Shown here: positions 21,870-33,006 of the stretch, one piece after another
How positions within the stretch are numbered: position 1 is the stretch's first letter
Layout of the letters: the number at the start of each line of letters is the position of its first letter
NCBI RefSeq assembly: GCF_006345805.1
Contig: NW_021832778.1
Span: 1 to 33,006, forward strand
Reading direction: 5' to 3'
DNA from: Octopus sinensis
Taxonomy: Eukaryota
DNA length: 33,006 bases
Notes under the pieces: generated by a model
Told to the model about the DNA's origin: nothing
The model's database searches: none
What the model saw: only the letters and a program-made list of their open reading frames with translations
Program-made: the position numbers and the translations under genes

Positions 21870-22331
21870 TGTCCTAATACATCTCCTGCAGTGATGTGTA
21901 GTCCTACACTGGACAAACACTCCCTCTGGCAGGTACCGCAAATGTAGCGAAGACTTTGCCTGGCTGGTTGTAATGTCATAGTTTCTTGTTGACGTATTTT
22001 CTTGTCTTTCCATTTCTCCTCTCTCCCTGTCACACCTTTGTGTACCCTCTTTTACGGTACGTCGCCAATCGCCACGGTTGCTGGCAACTGCTTCCCAGTT
22101 GGTAATATTGATGTCGCAGGCTTTCATGTCCCTTTTGCAAACATCTTTGTATCGTAAGAACGGTCTTCCCACATACGTAGTGCCCCTAGTAAGCTCTCCG
22201 TAGAGTATGTCCTTAGGGAGTCTACCATCTTCCATACGGCTAACATGTCCAAGCCATCTCATACGTCTTTGTGTGAGGAGTGCAAACATATTTGGTATTC
22301 CTGCTTGCTTGAGGACATCTTTGTTGGGGAC
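21870..22331 (-). mobile_element. RTE-clade LINE 3' fragment
   Basis: VPNKDVL..AGIP.MFALLTQRRMRWLGHVSRMEDGRLPKDILYGEL..G...VGRP.LRYKDVCKRDMK...W...ASNRGDWR; C-terminal C..C zinc-finger remnant in a shifted frame. Confidence 0.9.
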
Positions 22332-22479
22332 AGCAAAGATTATCAGTGGGGTTCTAAGCACTTGGAAGACAGTTGAAAACTTATAGATACCTAAGGTTAC
22401 AGATAGTAACGGGCTACCCACATAATTCCTACTAGGAATAAGACGGAACTTGAAACAAACCAAAATAATAGTAATGATG

Positions 22480-22616
22480 GTTTCAAATTTTAGCACAAAG
22501 CCAGAAATTCTAGAGGAAGAGGGCTAATCGATTGCATCGATCCCAGTTTTCAACTGGTACTTATTTTATTGACCCCGATAATATGAAAGGCAAAGTCGAA
22601 GCTCGGCGAAATAGAA
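22480..22616 (-). mobile_element. SINE fragment (central domain and tail), third family
   Basis: Minus CGCCGAGCTTCGACTTTGCCTTTCAT...GGGGTCAATAAAATAAGTACCAG resembles, from memory, a conserved metazoan SINE core (Meta-like). Confidence 0.5.
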
Positions 22617-23812
22617 ATGCTGCTAAATAAATACATTTGATGATCTTTTATGCACAATGGCTATTTTCTCATATCGTTTGACATGCCTGAAGAGGTCCAG
22701 TTAATCGACAGCAAATAAGGAAATTCTTTCAAGTCATGATACAACTTCTACAGATATCATTTACTACTTGTCTTTCAATAAATTGGATTTGGCAACGATG
22801 GACCCCATTGGAAATTCTTTTTCACATTTTAATTTAACTCCCCTTCCTTCAATAGATAAGTTACATAATAAAAACTTAAGATTTGCTGTGTTACCTATCG
22901 AATGGAGGTGCTTCTGGAGTGAGCTCTTTCATAGTATTCAATGCTCATATTTTCTAACTTAAAATCCTGTCAATGCAAAAACTGGATTTTCATAAAAACT
23001 AGTTTTATAAAGTAACTATCAATAAGGTGTTGAATTTATAAACAATCATGCACTTACAAAATGAAACCGTGTATATAGTTAGAAAACAAAGCTAAGTTTT
23101 CTAATTGTGATGTATTTTGTTAAGTCAGTATCAATGTTTCACATATTTCTAGGTCAAATACACGCCTAGATTGACGAGTATCTCATTCAGCTCAAATCAC
23201 AGATACTGAGTTATGTGTATGATTAAACATTACTCAATGGTCAAGTACAACTGAGATGACAAGTATTTGTTAGAGGCAATGATGACATCGCATAATAGCT
23301 TTTCTATAGCTTGCATGGATGAGCTGTCGAATCGTTACATAGGTCTGGGAAACACAATAGGAAAACTATTTCAGAATATCGCCTTCTGAATCAGCGCATG
23401 GAGATGACTTATTCGGTGTGGTCCAACAGCTTAGAGAATCCGACTTTAAATTTCTCGAATTTTTTTTTACTAATTTTAGATGCCGTACCCATAAATTCTT
23501 TTGAAATTTCCTACTTAATACAGGATGTCATATCAAAGTCGAGTTTTTCAGGTTTCTGATAGGGATTGTTGAGTGATATGAAAGAATTAATAGGAGTGGT
23601 AGGAACGGATAACTACATACATGTGGCTTACATACTTACAGAAACACGCATATTCTTGCACATACGCATGAAAACATACTCAAGAAGCGGAAAAGTGGGT
23701 GAGGTGCCTATAGTTGCAAATGTGCGTGTGGATAAATGTGCACATATTCAATATGCATATTATTTGGGAGCACATGTAAATACTTGTATAACTACATACA
23801 CACACATCGAGG

Positions 23813-23834
23813 TAGATAGATAGATAGATAGATG

Positions 23835-23893
<59 letters not shown>
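23813..23893. repeat. (GATA)n at 3' end of LINE copy A
   Basis: Directly visible. Confidence 0.97.
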
Positions 23894-23894
<1 letters not shown>

Positions 23895-24228
23895 TGTTTC
23901 TTTATTAGCCACACAGGGCTGCACACAGATAGAACAAATTACAGGTAGAGCTTCTTTTGAAGGTTTAAAAAAAAAAAAAAAAAAAAAAAGGAAGGGGGAG
24001 TTTCGATCAAAAGGGATCGTAAAAGGAGAGAAAGAGGACAAAAAAAAGGGGGGGTTAAAAAAAAAAAAAAAAAGGGGGGAGAGGAAAAAAAATTGATCAA
24101 TAGGGATCGTTATCACAGAAATGTCAATATGAAGTGTAAAAGGGGAGGACAGGTGAGGTTTACCGTGGAAAGAAAAGCCTACGGAAAAGACCACGGTAAC
24201 CTCGGTCAATGAAGTCACATTTTATATT

Positions 24229-24264
<36 letters not shown>

Positions 24265-25514
24265 AAAAAGCAACTCTCTGTATTAATTTTACGGTTCATA
24301 GAATCATAGTCAAGGTGGCTTCGTCATTCATACGTGCCATCCTTGCCTACATTCACCCATCTTTTTTTAAAAACATTCACTAGACAAAACTTGCCTCTCT
24401 ACTCTCACTTTTTCTTCAAGTGATACTTGAAGAAGTTGATGAGAGATTGACAGAGAGGAAAGTGTTTGTCTCTAATCCTTTCAGACGCGTCCACCGATAC
24501 ATTCTTTCGCCATAGCCACAAGTATGATAAAAATAGCTCTTCCTTCCCGTTTGAAGGAAAGGAGGCTGACGATATTAACGATAGACTCGGCTGATAAACC
24601 GACACGTCCCACACGTGACAGCAGTCGTTCGACATAAGCCCACAGGTGGGAATTGCTGGACACTGCACGATTGCGTGCAGAGCGGTTTCGTCGCTCTGCC
24701 CGCCATCTCGGGCAGGTCGGCCCCGTGTTTCTCGAGCCATGCCTATAGAGCTTATCACGAAAACGGTAGCGCTTCTCGGTAGCACCGCCAGGCCAGGGAT
24801 CTCTGGAAGTTGTCCATAGGTCCCGGCCGAAAGTCGTTTGAAACAGGCGGGTCAGGTATTCCTCGTCGACGCCCAGGTTGCCCCGAGCTCGTCGTCGTAC
24901 CTCCCTCCCTAATCCCCTATAGAATGGCTTGGTTGTGTTGAAGTCACTCAAGGTCGACCCGGGACGGCAGAGTTGTTGAGAGCAACGCGACACTCGCGGT
25001 GCCATTCGCCCTTCTTCGGCCTCTTTTTGATCCACGACTGTAGTTCGGTCATGGAGACGAGTTTGCGGGAATGCGTGCCTCACAAACGGCGACCACACCT
25101 GTTCACCGTCGTCTACATAGAGCCGGAGATGTCGCAGTCTGAGCGCGTGTCTGCGCATCAAACCACGGCATGCCAGCCCTCCTTTTAACGGGTGTTGACA
25201 GCAAATGGATCGCCTGACCATCGGGACGCATCCTTTCCACAAGAAGCGGAAGAGGATGCGTTCTAGTTTGGTGATGGTAGGTCGGGACAAGGTACGACGG
25301 TCAGGCGGTAGTAGATGATGGAAGCGATGTACGCGTTCACCACCTCCGCCCGACCTTTTAGGGACAGTTTCCTCTCGGCCCATGTGGGCGAGAGTGACCA
25401 CCCTACTCGTTATCTCGTTCCAGTTCTTCTCCATTTGGAGGTCCGGACCGAACCAGACCCCGAGCAACTCAACGGGCCGTCTGTCCAGCGTCCACGACGG
25501 AGGTACTGGTGGAC
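23895..25514 (-). mobile_element. L1/Tx1-like LINE copy A, 5'-truncated (post-RT region, CCHC finger, 3' UTR)
   Basis: [31 protein letters not shown]...CP; stop at 24296-24298; AATAAA at 23901-23906; colinear with but diverged from copy B. Confidence 0.9.
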
Positions 25515-25515
<1 letters not shown>

Positions 25516-25580
<65 letters not shown>

Positions 25581-25600
25581 GATAGATAGATAGATGGATG

Positions 25601-25671
<71 letters not shown>

Positions 25672-25672
25672 G

Positions 25673-25756
<84 letters not shown>
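25516..25756. repeat. (GATA)n between LINE copies A and B
   Basis: Directly visible. Confidence 0.97.
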
Positions 25757-25757
<1 letters not shown>

Positions 25758-26064
25758 CTTTCTTTTATTAGCCACACAGGGCTGAATACAGAGGGACAAA
25801 TACAAATGCAGAGCTTTTCTTTTCGAGGGTGGAGGAAAAAAATAAAAAATGCAAGATTGCGATCAAAAGGGATCGAGAGGAAAAAAAGGGAAAAAAAAAA
25901 GAGAAAATCGTGTATCACAGAAATAATGGTGTGTAAACATTGATATAACAAGATTGGGTTCATCCGTGGGAAGAAAAGCCTACAGAAAAGACCACGGGAA
26001 CCCCAGTCAGGGAGGAAATAAACACATGAGGTCAAAAATGCTCTCTTTCTTTCTTTTTTACGAT

Positions 26065-29000
26065 CTACAGGATCATGCTCAAAATGGTTTCGTTACTAGC
26101 ACGCACCATCTTTGCAACATTCACCCATCTTTTTTGAATCTTTCGCGAGACAAAACTTCCCTCTCCATTCTCACCTCCTTTTCAAGTGGTACTTGAAAAA
26201 GTTGATGAGCGATTGGCCGAGAGGTAAGTGTTTGTCTCTAATCCTTTCGCTCGAGTCCACCACACACATTCTTTCACCATGGCCACCAGTACGATGAAAA
26301 CTGCCTTGCCTTCCCGGTTGAGGGAAGGGGGCGGAGCAATCCTCACGATAGACTCGGCCGATAGGCGGATTCGTCCCACACGTGACAGCAGCCGTTCGGC
26401 ATAAGCCCACAGGTCGGAAATGGTTGGACATTGCACGAGTGCGTGCAGAACGGTTTCGTCGCTCTGACCGCATCTCGGGCAAGTCGGTCCAGTGTGTCTG
26501 GAACCGTGTCTGTAGAGCTTATCCCGAACAGGTAATGCTTCTCGATAGCACTGCCAGGCCAGGGATCTTTGGTGATTGTTCATAGGTCCCGGCCCGAAAG
26601 TTGTCCTGAACAGGCGGGTCAGGTGTTCCTCGTCGACGCCCAGACTCTGCCCGAGTTCGTCGTCGCACCTCCCATCCACTAATCCTCTATAGAATGCCTT
26701 TGTTGTGATGGAGTCGCACAAGTTCGATCCCGGACGGCAGAGTTGCTTGAGAGCAAACGCGACACTCGCGGTGCCATTCGCCTAGCCTCGGTCTCTGCTT
26801 GATCCATGACTGTAGTTCGTCCAAGGAGACGAGCTGCGGGAAAGCGCGCCGCACAAAAGGCGACCACCCCTGTTCACCGTTGTCTATGAAGCGCCGGAGA
26901 TGTCGCAGTCTCAGCGCATGTCTGCGCATCATCAACCACGGCATGCCAAGCCTCCATTTAGCGGGTGTTGGCAGCAAATGGATCGCCTAACCATCGGAAC
27001 GTTTCCCTTCCACAAGAAGCGGAAGAGTATGCGTTCCAGTTTGGTGATGGTAGGGTCGGGACAAGGCACGACGGTCAGACGATACTCGATGACGGATGCG
27101 ATGTACGCGTTCGCCACCTCCGCCCGACCTTTTAGGGATAGCTTTCTCTCAGTCCATTTCTGGGTGGGAGTGTAGCCACCCTAGTCGTTATCTCGCCCCA
27201 GTTCTTCTCCATTTGGAGGTCCGGACCGAACCAGACCCCGAGCAATTTAACCGGTCCGTCCGTCCAGCGTCCCAGATGGAGACGCTGTTGGACGGCATGG
27301 GCTTGCTTCTCCAGGGCCGAGCCGCAAGCCCACTGACTTTTCCCGGTTAATTTTTGCTCCGTTATCGCTCGTATTCTTTCAGTGTCTCGCCGACCAGCTC
27401 GATGTGCTCGTAGCTCGACACTATGACGGTGACGTCATCCGCGTATGCAGACACGCTCCTCCCGCATCCCAGCTCTCGTGGGATGCCCCTCAGCGTCGTC
27501 AGTTTCCGCAGTAGTGGCTCAGAGTCAGTACATACAGCAGCGATGAGAGGGGCATCCCTGACGAACCGAACGCATGATGTTAAAAGGTCTGGATAGATGA
27601 CCATTACGCGAACTACTGAGCGGATGCCGCTGTATAAGCAGCGATCCAACGCGGAAAACTGGACCGAAACCAGCCGCTTTGAGGACAGCCTCCAAGTAGT
27701 GATGGTCTACCCTATCGAAGGCTTTTGATTGATCCAAATTGATCAGCGCCCCACCCATGCCAGGATTTTTAACTATCCTGTCTATGATGTAGCGCATCAG
27801 GTGGAGGTGTGTCATGAATACTTCTACCGGCACGGCGCATGTTTGCGCCTTGTCGATTAGTTTCTTGATGACAAGCGCCAACCTCTCGGCTAACACTTGG
27901 CCAAAATTTTCAAATCTGCGTTGAGCAGAGTGATGGGCCTGAAATTATCTATGACGTCCCCCTTGTTTGGGTCTTTCTTGATCAGTGCCACTGCTCCTCG
28001 TTTTACAAAAGCAGGAATACTCCCGTTCTGCTGCCAGTTGCAGTAGACAGCTGCCAAGACGCTCCAAACAAGTCTGGCATATGAAAATAAAATTCGTAGG
28101 GCAGACCATCCAAGCCTGGTGACTTGTCTCTCGCGTTAGCCTACCATCGCATCCTGTACGTCCGCAGCTGTGATAGGCTTTTCACAAGACTCCACCTCCC
28201 TTGCTGAGAGTCGTGGCAAGGCATGCAGGTAGGCACTAAAGTCCACTCTGCTTTCTGACTCACCACTGTCCCAACAGTTGGGTGAAGTGTGTTGTTGAAA
28301 AACCCCACACATCTTTTAGGCTCGAGCAATTCGCGCCCCTGTTCATCTATAAGAGACTGATGGTGGCTCTGTTGCCTCGTTGCGTCTCCACCACTCGGGC
28401 CTCTTGGGCGGCTCCAACTCCTTCGTTCCTCAGAGCAGCATCCTAGCTCTGACAACGCATCCCTCGTGTTTGGCGTTGAGGTGTGGTCGAGGGCCAATCT
28501 CGCCGCCAGTACGTTGGACGCGATGCCAGTTCTAAGTGCCTCTTCTAAAACCTTAACTAAATCTCCCTCTATTCTATTTCGGTCTAATGCTAGGGCTCTA
28601 CTGTATCTGACTGATTTGCTTTAATCGCTTTTTAGGGCATACCACCATCTGTTGTTGATGATGTACCCGTCAAAGCTTCTCTTAACTAATGTGCTGATCC
28701 GGTCCTGTAAACCTGTCGTGCTGTAAAGGACGCGTTCAGTTTCCAGTAACCAGGACCCTGCCTATGTGTCTTATCTAAGTCAAGTGTACAAGTCACAAAC
28801 TTGTGATCTGTGTAACTGACTATATGAAATTGTGGGACAACCTACAATTTTATCTATTGTCCTACAGAATACTCTATCTAAGTATGATCTGGACGACCCG
28901 ATGCGGTTACTCCATGGTCCACATTGGCACATTCGGGTGGTCCAGTTGGTACCTGTCAGACAGTTGGAAACGTCTGAGCAGGTCTTTGAGGCATTTGCAT

Positions 29001-29477
29001 CCCCTTCTATTGCTATCTCTGCCACGTAGTCTAGATGCGTGTCCAGGGTGGCATTCCAATCCCCCACTAAAAGTAAAGGACGAGACGTTCCCATGAAAGA
29101 CTCTAGACGTCGAAAGAAATCTGGTCGCCTGTTAAGGACGGGAGCATAAACTGCTATCAGTCGAAAAGCACACTCATTGCTGCCATCGACATCTAAAACG
29201 ACCAGCCTACCCTCCGGGTCTAGGAAATTTGCTCTTACTTTGAGATCCAGACTCTCCGGATAAGCACCGCGGTGCCACCTCCGCCCATTCTCGGTAGACA
29301 GGAGGAAAAATAAATGTTGAAATGTGTACCGAAAATGTGCTGGAGTGCCCGCAAGCTGGGAGTCTGGTCTCACTGATGGCTATGATATTCAGATTTAGTG
29401 ACTTGGTGTCATTTAACAGGTAGCCTTGTTTCCAAGGCGACCAAGCCACGTACATTTATACTACCTATTCTGAGCAT
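26065..29477 (-). pseudogene. ORF2 of copy B: AP endonuclease, reverse transcriptase and C-terminal zinc finger; frameshifted as assembled
   Basis: MLRIGSINVRGL, IIAISETRL, LIAVYAP, LLVGDWNATLD, SYLDRV, GLDGLPYEF, DQSKAFDRVDH, VRQGCP, YADD (27434-27445), CPRCGQSDETVLHALVQCP. Confidence 0.9.
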
Positions 29478-29518
29478 GTTCCGATAAAAGTGCAAAAAAG
29501 GAAAAGGAGAGAGAAAGG

Positions 29519-31670
29519 TTACTTGTTTTTCGAAAGTTCTTTGTCTTTCACCTCACGGTCTTCTTCTATGAGGTTTTATACAGTTTTTCGATGAGTACTT
29601 TTGAAATCCCCTACTGCATCAGGGTAAAGAGATTTCAGGGTGCTGTATGTGTTCTGTGTCACGTGTATTATTTTAATGTGTTGTGGTGGTGTTGTAGTGG
29701 GTGGTTACTTGTTTTATGTCGTTTTCAGTAATGTTGTGTGTTTGACCTAATGTGTTCCATTAGGTCGTGGTTGTTTGTGTTCATGGCTGTCAACATTTTT
29801 GGGGGGTTTGATGATGGTGTGTTGTGTTGATGTGTGTGTTTTCTGTGGATGTTTTGTTTCGGGAGTGGTGTATCTTCCCGCTTTTTTTGTTATTTTTTCT
29901 TTTCTTTTTTTTCCCTTTTTCTTCTCCCCCCTGTGGCTATTTGCCAATCTTCCGTGTTTCTTCGTCTAATAATGACAGATCAGACGAATCGGAGTCTGGA
30001 AGAGGGAAGTAGTGGGGTCTATGTCGAGTGTTGGTTTTGTTGTGGTGTTGGTTGGTGAGCGTTTGGTTGTGGTGTATGCGGTTTGGATGTGGGGTTTGGG
30101 TATTTTGTGTTTGAGTGATTGTGGGTATTGTTGTGTTGTTTGGGTCTCAAATTTGTGGGGATTTGGAGTTGTAATTGTTTCTTCATTTTGCTGGGTGTCT
30201 TTTTGGCAGATGTCCTTGGTTGGGAGTGGTATATTCTTGGTTGTTGTTGTTGGTGATGCTGCTTCTGTTCTTGGTGCTGCAGTTGGTGTGGTTGTTTGTT
30301 TGGTGAGGTTTGTTCCTGCAAAAAGTGGGTGTGGGTAGTAAACCTTGTTTATTTGTTTTGTTCCGGCTGCTGTTGTTGTTGCTGTTGTTTTCTTGCGGCA
30401 GATTTGCAGTCTTTTTTTAGGTGTTGCTCACTGCCGCATATGTAGCAACGTGGTCTTCTGCCATCGACGACCACATAGAACTTGTGGTCGTCTGATACAC
30501 ATATCTGGGTGGGTATTTTTTTTATATATTCATGATGTATGTGTAGAAGAAATTCTACTTTTTTTCCCACCCAGTTTTTATGCTCTGTGACTGTGGTTTC
30601 CAAAATAGTATAATTCGCCATTTTTACGCATAAGGCCTTTACAAGCCATAGACTTTGGCTATTTTGGGGACATTGTTTAGAGTGATCTTAGTCACTTTCT
30701 GTCCCCGATAGCTTGGTGTAAGTTGGAGTTCATCTGAGTGAAGAGTTAGCGTTGAGAAATGTCTAGCTAACTCTTCGGTGTAGAAAACAACTTGTATGGG
30801 GCAAATTTGTTCCACAGGTCACATATTCTTTGTGATCCCAGATGGGTTCAAGCACTTCTCTATTTTGCTTGTGTTGGCCTTCTCTGGGATTTTGTTTTTT
30901 TGTTAACTATTTTATAAATGATGTTCGTCTTTTTTCATTTTCCAAAATGTCTTCTGGTATGTTTATTTTTACTATACCTTCTGATTCTGTTATTTGATGG
31001 TCGTGTCCTGTATTTGTTGAGCCGTAAAGTATATTGTTGTATTTTTCTTTAATCGCCTCAGCGAAATTGTTGTTGTTTTGTTATTGTTGGTGCTTGTGGT
31101 GATGTTGTTGTTGGCTGCAGTTTGTAAAATTGGTGTGTTTGGTTGATCGTGCAAGTAGAAGGGGTGGAAAATTGCCTGCGTACTTTAGTCTGCACTAGGG
31201 AAATTTCGACATTTCGTTTGCTTGTCGTCGTTATTTTTTCACTTGTTGGTGATGGAGTGAGCAGTGGTTGGAGGGAATTGTTGTTGTCGTCGTTTGTTGT
31301 TGTGTTGTTGTTGGTATTGTCGTTCTTGGTGACGGCGGTTTTGTTGGTGTGTTGGTAGTTTAGTAGCATTGACGGCACGGTCTTTGGTGGCGGTGATGGT
31401 GATGTTGGTGTGTTATTGGTGGCGATATCTTGAGTAGGGATAGCAGTTTTAGTAGCAGATTCTGCCATGGTGTTGGTTGGTGGTGGTGGACTCACTGATG
31501 GGTGTTGACGGGGCTTGGCCTTGCGACCTTGTTTTGTATTTGTTGCTGTTGATGGTGGTGGAGTTGTCAGGTTCGGCGTATGCTAACAGAGCATCCTGTT
31601 TTTCTGTTTGTGCGTCACGCTTGACTTGCCACCTCAGCCTCGTGGTGGCCAGTGGCCGTTTTGGAAATAA
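29519..31670 (-). pseudogene. ORF1 of copy B: gag-like nucleic-acid-binding protein; start approximate, frameshifted as assembled
   Basis: CYICGSEQHLKKDC (CX2CX4HX4C) at 30406-30447; Thr/Pro/Asn/Gln-rich flanks; ends ~40 bp before the ORF2 ATG. Confidence 0.7.
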
Positions 31671-31875
31671 AATGGCTTAAATGAAACACGAAGGCTATGA
31701 GAATTTTTTCTTTTAAATTTGCCACAAGGGGCAAAATTTTGTGTCGATATTTATCAAAGTTTACAGTGGATGTTGTTGCACAACTTTAGCACAAAATGTT
31801 TGTCAATATACACTTTTAAATAGTCAAAATAAATGATTACCTTCGGAGCTGAAACGACATCACATCCGTCAATAG

Positions 31876-31934
<59 letters not shown>

Positions 31935-31951
31935 AGATAGATAGATAGATA
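31876..31951. repeat. (GATA)n at 5' end of LINE copy B
   Basis: Directly visible. Confidence 0.97.
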
Positions 31952-32450
31952 GACAGAGAGTTGGAGGGAGAGAGAGGGAGGGAGAGAGAGAAGACAGAAA
32001 TTGTTATTAATCCAAACAAGGGAAAGATTAGAAGAAAGGAAGTTGAAATGAATAAAGAATTAATTAAAATTTAATTAGATTGTAAAATATAGGAATATAC
32101 TTGACCGGTTTCACATTAGATTTTCAAAAGTGCTCAGAATATGAAGTAGTATCACAGACTATGTCTATTCTTGCTGTTGTTATAACAGTTGTTTACGCTT
32201 AAAGAAAGAGCGTGGTCAGGATGATATCCGATAACGTACAGATTGATTGGTCAATCTCATGCGTTAAGCTCATGTGATAATCGATAAGAAGGTTACATAA
32301 AAGCTCTCGTCATTAATATCATATGATAGTTAGGAAAGAGGATATAATAAGTGATATTATTTTACTGTTCTTTCTGTTTTATGTCAAGAATAATAGAGAC
32401 GGAAGATTGACTTCAATCAAAAAAAAAAATTATAATTTGTATATTGGTAT

Positions 32451-32856
32451 AGGCGCAGGTGGCTGTGTGGTAAGTAGCTTGCTAACCAACCACATGGTTC
32501 CGGGTTCAGTCCCACTGCGTGGCATCTTGGGCAAGTGTCTTCTGCTATAGCCCCGGGCCGACCAATGACTTGTGAGGGATTTGGTAGACGGAAACTGAAA
32601 GAAGCCTGTCGTATATATATGTATATATATGGGTGTGTGTGTGTGTGTGTGCGTTTGTGTTGTCCCCCTAGCATTGCTTGACAACGATGCTGGTGTGTGC
32701 TTACGTCGCCGCACTTAGCGGTTCGGCAAAAAGAGACGATAGAATAAGTACTGGGCTTACAAAGAATAAGTCCGGGGTCGATTTGCTCGACTAAAGGCGG
32801 TGCTCCAGCATGGCCGCAGTCAAATGCTGAAACAAGTAAAAAGAGTAAAAAGAGTA
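32451..32856 (+). mobile_element. tRNA-derived SINE, family 1
   Basis: A box TGGCTGTGTGG 32460-32470, B box GGTTCAGTCCC 32503-32513, (AAAAAGAGT) tail. Confidence 0.92.
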
Positions 32857-32951
32857 TATTAACAGAGATCATTCGAAGTCACATTCATTCTTTAAAAATG
32901 ATTTTGAAACAACGACCAGAAAAAGACACGATTCACGATTACATCGTTGCT

Positions 32952-33006
32952 GTTTACTCTTACTCTTTTTTTTTTTACTATTTTTTGTTTCAGTCATTTG
33001 ACTGCG
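32952..33006 (-). mobile_element. SINE family 1 tail, cut by window end
   Basis: TTGTTTCAGTCATTTGACTGCG preceded by TTACTCTT repeats. Confidence 0.85.

Larger units (their letters stand above)
25757..31871 (-). mobile_element. L1/Tx1-like LINE copy B, apparently full length (~6.1 kb)
   Basis: 5' UTR, ORF1 with zinc knuckle, ORF2 with APE endonuclease, RT and CCHC finger, 3' UTR, AATAAA at 25764-25769, (ATCT)n tail. Confidence 0.92.

Noticed and set aside
22900-22971. Possible 72-nt minus-strand exon (DFKLENMSIEYYERAHSRSTSIR)
   Set aside because: The only open frame ends in a stop at the donor; no supporting exons.
24973-31680. Plus-strand ORFs over the LINEs
   Set aside because: Antisense shadows of ORF1 and ORF2 with no independent motifs.
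32451-32525. tRNA genes at SINE heads
   Set aside because: A/B boxes are present but there is no full cloverleaf, and the heads continue into SINE bodies.

Overview
AT-rich, microsatellite-dense eukaryotic DNA made almost entirely of repeats. The SINE families resemble, from memory and without a database check, those of octopus/coleoid cephalopods. No host protein-coding gene can be supported; nearly all supplied ORFs are microsatellite or antisense artefacts. Contents: six copies of a tRNA-headed SINE plus other SINE pieces, RTE, CR1/L2 and Hero-like LINE fragments, non-autonomous Helitrons, two foldback elements, and a ~487-bp satellite array with an internal inversion. Five minimal hammerhead-ribozyme-like motifs lie in Penelope-type repeats; three related ones show stem covariation and one has a ~55-bp extended stem. 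The main feature is a head-to-tail pair of L1/Tx1-like retrotransposons, one apparently full length (~6.1 kb), each bounded on both sides by (GATA)n, which suggests a GATA-microsatellite-targeting family. Frequent single-base homopolymer indels between repeat copies suggest unpolished long-read sequence, so some frameshifts and inversions may be technical.
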